Shown here piece by piece: positions 1 to 7,004 of a stretch of 63,400 nucleotides of DNA. The first letter of the stretch is position 1, and each line of letters starts with the position of its first letter. The position numbers and the translations under genes are program-made. This DNA is from a virus (lineage: Duplodnaviria > Caudoviricetes): IMG/VR virus record IMGVR_UViG_3300034101_001021, positions 1 to 63,400 of that record. The stretch is one strand, 5' to 3'. The notes under the pieces were generated by a model. It made no database searches. It had not been told where the DNA came from and worked only from the letters and a program-made list of their open reading frames with translations.

Positions 1-145
1 GGAAGAGGCTACCGAGTTCTTGCGTATGCACCTGGAGGTTCAGTCCCGGTCGGATCTCAAAACTAATGACGCGGCGAGGATAAAGCTCGACATCATCTAC
101 AAGGACTTTCAAGCATGGGAAAGTTAGTTTCGTACTCGGTCTTCA
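1..145. repeat. Terminal direct repeat (left copy), circular/terminally redundant assembly
   Basis: 1-145 matches 63256-63400; exact over 20-145 (126 bp), mismatches at positions 1, 13 and 19. Confidence 0.97.
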
Positions 146-396
146 TACCCGAGGAGCACTACAAAAAGCTGAAGGAAGCAGCTCGATCTCGCGGCGCAGC
201 AGCACTAGTTCGTGACGGGCTATCAATCATTCTGGATAACAAAGAAGTATTCGATGCTGGCTACGAGAAGGGAATCAAAGACGCAGCCCAAGTTGTCTAT
301 GAGTGCCCCGAGGCGCAACTGGTAGCAGTCAAAGGCAGAGACATTGGGGTCTACCTATCTGAGCAGATCGAGATGCTTATAAAGGACAAGAAATGA
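115..396 (+). CDS. Hypothetical protein, possible ribbon-helix-helix DNA-binding N-terminus
   Basis: ORF in coupled operon; YSVFIPEEHYKKLKEAA...AALVRDGL resembles an RHH pattern. Confidence 0.6.
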   Translation: MGKLVSYSVFIPEEHYKKLKEAARSRGAAALVRDGLSIILDNKEVFDAGYEKGIKDAAQVVYECPEAQLVAVKGRDIGVYLSEQIEMLIKDKK

Positions 397-929
397 AAGA
401 CAAGATTGCAGCAATCAAGAGCCGGTACGACCTCCCTAATCTCATTCCTTTTCATGGCATTTCTATTGAGCTAGGCGTAGCTGAGGGTGGGTTTTCTGAA
501 GCCATACTCGTTAAGGGGCGGGCCTCCTATCACTACGGGGTGGATCGTTATACCGGGGAGCGTGGGCATACGGATGACGAGTATCTGAAGGCCCTGCATA
601 AATTGGAGAGGTTTAAGCATCGGTTCACCCTGCTGCGGTGTGACTTCTCTGTAGCGGTCCACCTTTTTCCAGACGAATACTTTGACTTTGTTTACGTTGA
701 TGGATACGCCCATACCGGTCAGGAGCGGGGCAAAACCTTCTATGACTGGTGGCCGAAGGTAAAGCCTGGCGGGCTATTTGGTGGGGATGACTATGACGTT
801 CAATGGCCGGAGACAACCACTGCGGTTAACACGTTTGTGAAGAACGTAAACCGTGAACTATATGTAACTCAGTGCGACAAAGGGGAAGACTGGGCGAGTT
901 TGTTTCAGTCCTGGTTCGTACAGAAATAA
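393..929 (+). CDS. Class I SAM-dependent methyltransferase (Methyltransf_24-like)
   Basis: IELGVAEG motif I, DFVYVDG.H, WWPKVKPGG, GDDY. Confidence 0.9.
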   Translation: MKDKIAAIKSRYDLPNLIPFHGISIELGVAEGGFSEAILVKGRASYHYGVDRYTGERGHTDDEYLKALHKLERFKHRFTLLRCDFSVAVHLFPDEYFDFVYVDGYAHTGQERGKTFYDWWPKVKPGGLFGGDDYDVQWPETTTAVNTFVKNVNRELYVTQCDKGEDWASLFQSWFVQK

Positions 930-939
930 GGAGAGAGAG

Positions 940-1233
940 ATGACACCGATTGAAACATTCAAATTCCTAAAGAACAAAAATTTAGACCTAACAGCAATGA
1001 TGATCTTGGAAAGGATGGCGTTCTATGACCGCCCAATCATGACGGGACAGATGGTCACAGATGCAACAAATAATTCTGCGTTTACGTCTCACGCTACGGT
1101 GTATAAGTATCTGGCTAGGCTCAAAGAGCGAGGTCTTATCGGAGAAGTAAACGAGTACAGCGATGGTCGGTGCACGTACATAGAGGCAACAACCAAAGGC
1201 AAAAAACTTTTAAAGGAGTATGTAAATGGCTGA
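940..1233 (+). CDS. Winged-helix (MarR-like) DNA-binding protein
   Basis: SHATVYKYLARLKERGLI...DGR...T.KGK wing motif; RBS AGGAGAG. Confidence 0.75.
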   Translation: MTPIETFKFLKNKNLDLTAMMILERMAFYDRPIMTGQMVTDATNNSAFTSHATVYKYLARLKERGLIGEVNEYSDGRCTYIEATTKGKKLLKEYVNG

Positions 1234-1489
1234 GAATATTCGTATGAGCAAAAGCATGGTGGAGTGCTTCACTGCAAAAGTGAACTACGGAGACGGAAAA
1301 GTAGAAGTGCTTTTTGTACCGCTATTTGGTGGTAAACCAGGATGGGTTGGGCCAGGGTATTGGAAACCCCAACTAGAAGGAAAAGTCACATCGCCTCCCC
1401 CTTTCAATTACAACACACGCATATACACACGCGACGAACTTATGAAGGCTGGGGCTAAGTCTAAGTTTGAATATTTGTGGATGCGTTAA
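1226..1489 (+). CDS. Hypothetical protein
   Basis: ORF with AAGGAG RBS, overlaps upstream gene. Confidence 0.6.
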   Translation: MAENIRMSKSMVECFTAKVNYGDGKVEVLFVPLFGGKPGWVGPGYWKPQLEGKVTSPPPFNYNTRIYTRDELMKAGAKSKFEYLWMR

Positions 1490-1500
1490 AAGGGGTAGCC

Positions 1501-1818
1501 ATGAAAAAGATCTTAACTGGTTTACTGATGGTCCCTACGATGGCAAGTGCTGAGTTCATGTCTGGTAACAATCTGCTTAGTGATATGAACGGTGACATCG
1601 TAGATCAGATGATTGCCCTTGGTTATGTGATGGGCGTATCTGATGTGTTCACTAATGGAACCGTGTGCCCCCCTAACAATGTCACTGCGGGTCAGGTCAA
1701 AGACATCATTAAGCGACACTTAGAAGCCAACCCGTCTATCCGTCATTTCACCGCAGACAGCCTCATTAAGAATAAGTTAGAGGAGATCTGGCCGTGCCGC
1801 AGGGGGCGTGGAACATGA
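1501..1818 (+). CDS. Rap1a-family (T6SS amidase immunity-like) periplasmic protein
   Basis: Signal peptide MKKILTGLLMVPTMASA; SGNNLL, GYVMGVSD, CPP, GQV, NP..RH..A, C-terminal WPC. Confidence 0.8.
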   Translation: MKKILTGLLMVPTMASAEFMSGNNLLSDMNGDIVDQMIALGYVMGVSDVFTNGTVCPPNNVTAGQVKDIIKRHLEANPSIRHFTADSLIKNKLEEIWPCRRGRGT

Positions 1819-2033
1819 TTACCGTGGAGCAGTACGCCCAAAGAAATAGGATCTCGGAAAACAGCGCCCGCAAGAGATTGCAGCGCAAGGTCTTGGATGG
1901 CTACATGTTTAAAATGCGCGGGCCTGATAATCGTTTTGTTTACCACGACAAGCCGCCAGTAACAATCAAGTGGCATGACCCGTTCAACCGGATCAAGGAC
2001 TGTAAACCTAAAACCGAGGCACTAGAAACTTAA
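1815..2033 (+). CDS. Small HTH-like hypothetical protein
   Basis: ATGA overlap; ITVEQYAQRNRISENSARKRL. Confidence 0.6.
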   Translation: MITVEQYAQRNRISENSARKRLQRKVLDGYMFKMRGPDNRFVYHDKPPVTIKWHDPFNRIKDCKPKTEALET

Positions 2034-2044
2034 AGGGGTGAGAA

Positions 2045-2269
2045 ATGAGTATCCACACTTGTAGTTATTTCTGCGACAGACCTGATTGCATTAAGGCGCA
2101 AAGGGATGAGTTACGTCAAAAGTTTGAGCAAGCAGAGAAACCTTGGGTTGACCTAACTGATGAGGAGATCAAAGAAATCATAGGCCCCTGGGGTCCAACT
2201 CCGATCAGGGGCTATACCCGCAAACTGTTCGACGCCATTGAGGCTAAGTTAAAGGAGAAGAACACATGA
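2045..2269 (+). CDS. Hypothetical protein, W.xLT.EE / KEKNT cassette family (1)
   Basis: PWVDLTDEE...AIEAKLKEKNT. Confidence 0.8.
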   Translation: MSIHTCSYFCDRPDCIKAQRDELRQKFEQAEKPWVDLTDEEIKEIIGPWGPTPIRGYTRKLFDAIEAKLKEKNT

Positions 2270-2505
2270 CATGGGTGTTTCTAACCGACAAAGAACGGGA
2301 AAAAATTGCCTACGATGCAGGACCATATGTTGTAGACGGGCTTGACCCACATGAAACAGAGGTGCGTAAGCGTAACCCCCGTGATGACTGGAAAGGGTTG
2401 ACCAAAGAAGAGCGCAAAGAAACCATAGATTCAATGCCCAAACCGTTTTACATGAGACATTTGTATGCTTTGCTTGAAGACAAACTAAAGGAGAAGAACA
2501 CATGA
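2266..2505 (+). CDS. Hypothetical protein, W.xLT.EE / KEKNT cassette family (2)
   Basis: WVFLTDKER and WKGLTKEER; ends KLKEKNT; ATGA overlap. Confidence 0.8.
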   Translation: MTWVFLTDKEREKIAYDAGPYVVDGLDPHETEVRKRNPRDDWKGLTKEERKETIDSMPKPFYMRHLYALLEDKLKEKNT

Positions 2506-2696
2506 TCTGTACTTGCGGCGACCCTACCACTTTAGGTGTTGTACATCTCCGTGACAGACCGTGCTTTCACTATGTTGAGCGCGAATGGGTGCCACTCACC
2601 GATGAAGAGTTTGAAGAAGTAATTAAGGAACTTGGCAAAGATCCAAGAATCTTAGCTGTAGAGATTGAAATAAGACTGATGGAGAAAAATACATGA
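2502..2696 (+). CDS. Hypothetical protein, W.xLT.EE / KEKNT cassette family (3)
   Basis: REWVPLTDEE...RLMEKNT; ATGA overlap. Confidence 0.8.
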   Translation: MICTCGDPTTLGVVHLRDRPCFHYVEREWVPLTDEEFEEVIKELGKDPRILAVEIEIRLMEKNT

Positions 2697-2974
2697 ACTT
2701 TGAAGATAAACCTGGGTACGACTCGCACACTCACATGGTCACACTCAATACCTTTGGAGATGTACGTCGGTTGATCTTGGACACGATCTGGCAGCTCCGT
2801 GAGGGGAGCATGTCTCCGAATGTAGGCATGGCAATAGCCGCCAACATGAAGACTCTTAACGACAACATAAACGCCGAGATCAGCGCAGCCAAGCTATCAA
2901 TCATGACTGAGGACCGGGCAAACAACTTTGGGAAGCTGGTTAGCATGGGCACCAGGGCGATCAACGACAAATGA
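2693..2974 (+). CDS. Hypothetical protein
   Basis: ATGA-coupled ORF. Confidence 0.7.
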   Translation: MNFEDKPGYDSHTHMVTLNTFGDVRRLILDTIWQLREGSMSPNVGMAIAANMKTLNDNINAEISAAKLSIMTEDRANNFGKLVSMGTRAINDK

Positions 2975-3354
2975 GACGTAGGCTGGAAGATCTTGATGTA
3001 AGAGATCGACTACGGATCAGGTATGGAAATGATCGCTATGTCATCGAAGAACTTTGGGAAAGGTCAATTAAGAAGTTCAAGATTACATACCTGCCTTTTT
3101 ATTTCTATACCAAGTACCCTTACCTCAAACCGTATGAAGATAGATTTCTTAAGTTTCGTGACCGGTTTATTAAAAAGTTTAAACCATGGTATCCAAGTCA
3201 GCGTTTTGACTATTGGGGGAGGACTGGGGTGTCTTGCATAGAAGGCAAGCCCATACAGTTGTACTACATGAACGACCCTGAAAAAGAGATGTCAATTGCG
3301 GTGATGCTACGAACGCTGCTCTACACCGAGCAATTAGAAAGGAAGAAGAAATGA
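2971..3354 (+). CDS. Hypothetical protein (aromatic/basic)
   Basis: ATGA-coupled ORF. Confidence 0.6.
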   Translation: MRRRLEDLDVRDRLRIRYGNDRYVIEELWERSIKKFKITYLPFYFYTKYPYLKPYEDRFLKFRDRFIKKFKPWYPSQRFDYWGRTGVSCIEGKPIQLYYMNDPEKEMSIAVMLRTLLYTEQLERKKK

Positions 3355-3614
3355 ACTCACTACTTGATCAACGCATACAGAACGGCACCTACTGGTCTGG
3401 CTTTGTGCTCGGCGCATTTTCTATGATGTTCCTGGTCCTGGCCATTGGCCGTATGACAGATGACGATATGCCTAGTCAACTCACCATGCCAAAGGATGTT
3501 GTGGAGGCATACAGGATGGGACTCAAAGATGCCATGAAGACAAACCCTCCCTCGCTTGAACTAGAACAGACATGCTTAAATATGTGGGCAGAGAGACAAC
3601 CAATTAAAGAATAG
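3351..3614 (+). CDS. Hypothetical single-TM membrane protein
   Basis: Hydrophobic YWSGFVLGAFSMMFLVLAIG. Confidence 0.7.
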   Translation: MNSLLDQRIQNGTYWSGFVLGAFSMMFLVLAIGRMTDDDMPSQLTMPKDVVEAYRMGLKDAMKTNPPSLELEQTCLNMWAERQPIKE

Positions 3615-3616
3615 CG

Positions 3617-3720
3617 ACCAGCCGGAGGTGTCGTGGCCTAGACATCCGAACAACACCGGCAGCGGGGGCCTTCATCCGGTACCGAGGGGTTCCGGCTTGG
3701 CTCCAGAAGGTGACCCCGCA
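3617..3720 (+). ncRNA. Candidate structured cis-regulatory RNA
   Basis: GCCGG 3621-25/CCGGC 3656-60; GGTGTC/GACATC; GCGGGG 3662-67/CCCCGC 3714-19; GCCTTC/GAAGGT; ends about 10 nt before the RBS of 3740. Confidence 0.5.
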
Positions 3721-3739
3721 CCTACACTAAGGAGAGATC

Positions 3740-3979
3740 ATGAGAAAGAAAGTAGATCTGATTAACCACCCACCCCACTACACCGTAGGCGGGATAGAAA
3801 CCATAGACTTCATGCGGGCTAAATCTACCCCCGAAGAGTTCATGGGTCATTTAAGATTGACGGTCATCAAGTATCTCAGCCGTACTGGCTACAAAGATGA
3901 CGCGCTGGAGGATTTGAAGAAGGCCCATTGGTATCTTAGTTATCTCATTGCGGAGGCAGAACGTGAGGAAGGTAAGTGA
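3740..3979 (+). CDS. DUF3310 (SaV-like) protein
   Basis: DLINHPPHYT.GGIETID...KYLSR.G.K...EDLKKA.WYL. Confidence 0.9.
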   Translation: MRKKVDLINHPPHYTVGGIETIDFMRAKSTPEEFMGHLRLTVIKYLSRTGYKDDALEDLKKAHWYLSYLIAEAEREEGK

Positions 3980-4154
3980 AAAGGTCTGGACGTACCTGGT
4001 TGAGCACAAGAGGCCAGTCACCAGCGACAAGATTGCAGATCATTACTTGGTCAGCAATGATTCAGTAAGAAAAGTTTTGGGAGAATTGACCCGTAAACAA
4101 GTACTAGATCGAATTAAAACCGGCAATAAGTCTCTATACAAAATTAAGGATTAA
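3963..4154 (+). CDS. Small winged-HTH protein
   Basis: GGAGG RBS then GTG; RPVTSDKIADHYLVSNDSVRKVL. Confidence 0.65.
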   Translation: MRKVSEKVWTYLVEHKRPVTSDKIADHYLVSNDSVRKVLGELTRKQVLDRIKTGNKSLYKIKD

Positions 4155-4156
4155 CT

Positions 4157-4384
4157 ATGAACATCACGCCACTCACAGGAATGTATTCCGCAGCCGACAC
4201 CATCAAGGTCGAGATCAGAGAACAAGACCCACCGTTCACCATGTATGGATTGAGCCGTGAACCCAAAGAAGACGCTATGAAGCTCGCCTTGAACGCCCTT
4301 CTGCTATGGGAAGAGATGATCCCTAAAACAAACGCATCCAAGGTCAGGTCAGAAGCTATCGAGGCTCTTCAGAAGTATGTCTAA
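4157..4384 (+). CDS. Hypothetical protein
   Basis: AAGGA RBS; AMKLALNAL...AIEAL. Confidence 0.65.
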   Translation: MNITPLTGMYSAADTIKVEIREQDPPFTMYGLSREPKEDAMKLALNALLLWEEMIPKTNASKVRSEAIEALQKYV

Positions 4385-4673
4385 CTACCGCAACAAGGCG
4401 CTCCTGGAGGTTGTCCGGGAGTCTCCTTGTCAGATGTGCGGGGCCAAAGACGGTACGGTAGCGGCGGCTCACAGCAACAGACTGCGGGACGGTAAAGGTA
4501 AAGCCATCAAAGCCCATGACTTTCGTATCGCGGCTCTCTGTTACAGATGCCATTCACGCATCGACCAGGGGGCGGACATGAGCAAAGAGGAACGGATGGA
4601 GGCGTGGGAAGAGGCGCACCGGGCTACCATCGGCTGGTTGTTTATGAACGAGAAACTCAAGGTCTTGTCTTAG
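4377..4673 (+). CDS. DUF1364/Ref-like Zn-binding HNH-type nuclease
   Basis: PCQMC...AAHSN...GKG..IKA.D...ALC..CH..ID. Confidence 0.8.
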   Translation: MSNYRNKALLEVVRESPCQMCGAKDGTVAAAHSNRLRDGKGKAIKAHDFRIAALCYRCHSRIDQGADMSKEERMEAWEEAHRATIGWLFMNEKLKVLS

Positions 4674-4693
4674 GGGCGGGGAGGTGGTACTTT
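4665..4693 (+). promoter_or_regulatory. sigma70 promoter for a small RNA
   Basis: TTGTCT (4665-70), 17 bp, TACTTT (4688-93) with extended TG. Confidence 0.55.
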
Positions 4694-4699
4694 CCCTAG

Positions 4700-4773
4700 T
4701 GTTTCATGTGTAACTCTCCTCCCTGTTCACAGGGATTAGACCCAGACTCTCTCCCTGAGCTGGGTCTTTTTTT
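4700..4773 (+). ncRNA. Candidate sRNA (about 73 nt) with two CU-rich anti-SD motifs
   Basis: Between promoter and intrinsic terminator, no ORF; AACTCTCCT 4712-20, hairpin TCCCTG-TTCA-CAGGGA, terminator loop TCTCCCT. Confidence 0.55.
4738..4773 (+). terminator. Rho-independent terminator
   Basis: AGACCCAG/CTGGGTCT stem followed by a T-tract. Confidence 0.85.
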
Positions 4774-4775
4774 CA

Positions 4776-4849
4776 TGGGGGCCGGCAAGTCGGCGCGGCG
4801 ACTTTAAATAGCCCGTAACCTTTCCTTGGTGCAAATGATCCGGCCCCCA
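4776..4849 (+). ncRNA. Candidate structured RNA
   Basis: 10-bp closing stem TGGGGGCCGG/CCGGCCCCCA enclosing AAGTCG/CGACTT hairpin. Confidence 0.4.
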
Positions 4850-4938
4850 CCCTTCTAGGGAACTTTTTCTCAGTTGTGCTATCCTATGTCTGTCGGAAGT
4901 GACGCTCCGGTGTTGTGGCGAGAACTGTGGTATCCAAG

Positions 4939-5021
4939 AACCTCCTAGAGAGGGCTTGAAGTCATCGTTTGGTTCTCGCCCGATGCTGGCTCGTCAAAGC
5001 CCAAGTCCTCCCTAGGAGGTT
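4939..5021 (+). ncRNA. C4/CI-like antisense RNA (three-way junction)
   Basis: 19-bp closing stem with one mismatch; two hairpins whose loops (GTTCTCGCC, CGTCA) complement upstream GGCGAGAAC 4917-25 and TGACG 4900-04; extended -10 TGCTATCCT at 4877-85. Confidence 0.7.
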
Positions 5022-5210
5022 TTTCTTTTGGGTCTCCGGCTGCGGTACATGTGGACGGGGTCTCAACGCCAGCGCATGAACCAAAGATCTGATACTGGGG
5101 GAAAGCTGCGGAAGAATCGGAACGGGGTGGCGAAGCTAGTGCCCCAGCAGCGAACGACTGGCGAGTCAAAGCGGCTCCAATGGACAGACTTTGTAAAGGC
5201 ACCCGAGTCC

Positions 5211-5230
5211 ACTGTAACATTTGTTACAGT
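5211..5230. promoter_or_regulatory. ACTGTAACA palindrome (operator/origin-like site)
   Basis: ACTGTAACA-TT-TGTTACAGT; same half-site at 15293, 15365 and 60810. Confidence 0.65.
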
Positions 5231-5397
5231 ACACGGCTCGGGGATGGCTAAGTCTTGCCCACCAACGGACAGGTGGTGATAGACAAGGTAGAAACAGCAA
5301 GAAGTTAAGGTCAAAAACAACAAAGGGGGATAACTCCCCCCAAAAATCGTTTGTAACTGTGTTACAGTTGGAACATAGTTACATCAAGGAGAGCAGC

Positions 5398-6180
5398 ATG
5401 GATCCCTTCAAGATTACGGAACCCACCGTCATATCGTTCTCTGGTGGTCGTACATCTGCGTATCTACTCTGGCGTGTTCTTCAAACCAACAATGGTCTGC
5501 CGGCTGATGGCCTTGTCGTCTTTGCCAATACAGGGAAAGAAGAAGAGGCGACTCTGCGTTTTGTCCGTGACTGCGAAGTCAATTGGGGCTGCGAGATTCA
5601 TTGGCTGGAGTTCCAAATTGAAGACCCGAAGTTCCGTCGCGTGAACTTTGATACAGCCAGCAGGAATGGCGAACCTTTTGAGGCGCTCATTCGCAAAAAA
5701 AAATACCTTCCAAACATGGTCGCAAGATTTTGCACTCAAGAGTTAAAAGTGCTGACCATAGACCGTTATCTCAAAAGCCTCGGTCATAAAAACTACCTTT
5801 CGATGGTTGGTATAAGGGCAGACGAGCCGCGCAGAGTCACCAAGATTCGCGGACAAGAAGACAAGTTCTGTCCTCTAGCCGACGCCCAAGTAACGGAGCA
5901 ACAGGTGTGGCGATTCTGGGATGAGCAACCTTTTGATCTTGCATTGCCAAAAATGAGTGGTGCATCTAACTGCGACCTTTGTTTTCTAAAGGGTGGTCAG
6001 ATCGTAATGGGATTGATAAAACAAAAGCCAGAACGTGCGGTCTGGTGGGCAAGTATGGAGGAGAAGATTGGCGCTAGATTTAGATCAGACCGCCCCTCAT
6101 ACGCTCAGATGGCCAAGTTTGCCAAAGACCAACAAAATTTATTTACCGACGAAACTATCCCGTGTTACTGCGGGGACTAA
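5398..6180 (+). CDS. Phosphoadenosine phosphosulfate reductase family protein (PP-loop, Fe-S)
   Basis: SFSGGRTS, FANTGKE, RFCT.ELK, GIRADE, SNC.LCF.K, C-terminal CYCGD; AAGGAGAG RBS before ATG 5398. Confidence 0.9.
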   Translation: MDPFKITEPTVISFSGGRTSAYLLWRVLQTNNGLPADGLVVFANTGKEEEATLRFVRDCEVNWGCEIHWLEFQIEDPKFRRVNFDTASRNGEPFEALIRKKKYLPNMVARFCTQELKVLTIDRYLKSLGHKNYLSMVGIRADEPRRVTKIRGQEDKFCPLADAQVTEQQVWRFWDEQPFDLALPKMSGASNCDLCFLKGGQIVMGLIKQKPERAVWWASMEEKIGARFRSDRPSYAQMAKFAKDQQNLFTDETIPCYCGD

Positions 6181-6191
6181 AGGAGAAGAGC

Positions 6192-7004
6192 ATGAAACTT
6201 ACCGAAATCCGTACCGACGGCGGCACCCAGGCCAGGGCGCAGCTGAACCAAGAAGTAGTCAACGAGTACGCAAATCAGATGCAGGACGGGGTGGTCTTCC
6301 CGCCTGTCGTGATCTTCAATGACGGCTCAAAAAACTGGTTGGCTGATGGTTTTCACCGGTACTACGCCCACCGGCAGAACGGCGCGTTAGACATAGAAGT
6401 AGAAGTCCACAGCGGGACGGTAGACGACGCTACCCTGTACGCCTTTGGTGCCACCAATCGACGCGGCCTATCGTTCACCCGCTCAGATCTCACCGAGATC
6501 ATCGGCAGAATTAATAAGCATCCAGTCTGGAGCACCTGGTCTACCAGAAAGATCGCAGAGCATATTGGTTGTTCGCATATGACGGTCAGTCGTATCCGTA
6601 GTTCCTTTGAGGAGGCCCCTAAAAAGGTCTCCTACACCCGCAACGGGGAAGAGAAGACCATGGATACCTCCGCGATAGGAAAGACCCCTAAGAAGCCCAA
6701 AGAGAAGCCTCCCGAGGCGATAGAAGAAAACAATGTCCCAGAAGAATTGATAGATGAAATAAATAAACTATCGGAAGAGAACGAACGATTGAAAGATGCT
6801 ATCGCCATCGGTCAGTTGGATGTCAGCGACATTGAGAAGGCCGACATCGAGGACACGGTTAGGGAGTTGCGGGAGCAGCTGCGGGTCAAAGATGTAGAGA
6901 TCCTGGCTCTCAAAGAAAGCCGTGACATGTATCAGAATGAGAACGCGGAACTCAAGCGCACGGTTAAGTCACTACAGGCCAAACTCAAAAAGGTGGAAGG
7001 ATGA
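6192..7004 (+). CDS. ParB/Srx-like N-terminal domain + HTH + coiled coil
   Basis: GTQAR, FPPVVIF, LADGFHRY.A; WSTRKIAEHIGCSHMTVSRIR. Confidence 0.85.
   Translation: MKLTEIRTDGGTQARAQLNQEVVNEYANQMQDGVVFPPVVIFNDGSKNWLADGFHRYYAHRQNGALDIEVEVHSGTVDDATLYAFGATNRRGLSFTRSDLTEIIGRINKHPVWSTWSTRKIAEHIGCSHMTVSRIRSSFEEAPKKVSYTRNGEEKTMDTSAIGKTPKKPKEKPPEAIEENNVPEELIDEINKLSEENERLKDAIAIGQLDVSDIEKADIEDTVRELREQLRVKDVEILALKESRDMYQNENAELKRTVKSLQAKLKKVEG

Noticed and set aside
4787-4849. Pistol ribozyme (hairpin followed by UUAAAUAG)
   Set aside because: No 6-bp loop pseudoknot partner followed by GCG, and no P2/P3 helices can be formed
4777-4851. tRNA or tmRNA gene
   Set aside because: Acceptor-like stem and 75-nt size fit, but there is no D-arm, anticodon arm or paired T-stem, and it ends ACCC rather than ACCA; kept only as an unclassified structured element
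5221-5397. N-terminal extension of the PAPS reductase ORF, and similar extensions at 1477, 6162, 11311, 14446, 24173 and 60862
   Set aside because: Upstream alternative starts lack an RBS and run through regulatory DNA or neighbouring genes; better RBS + ATG pairs lie downstream
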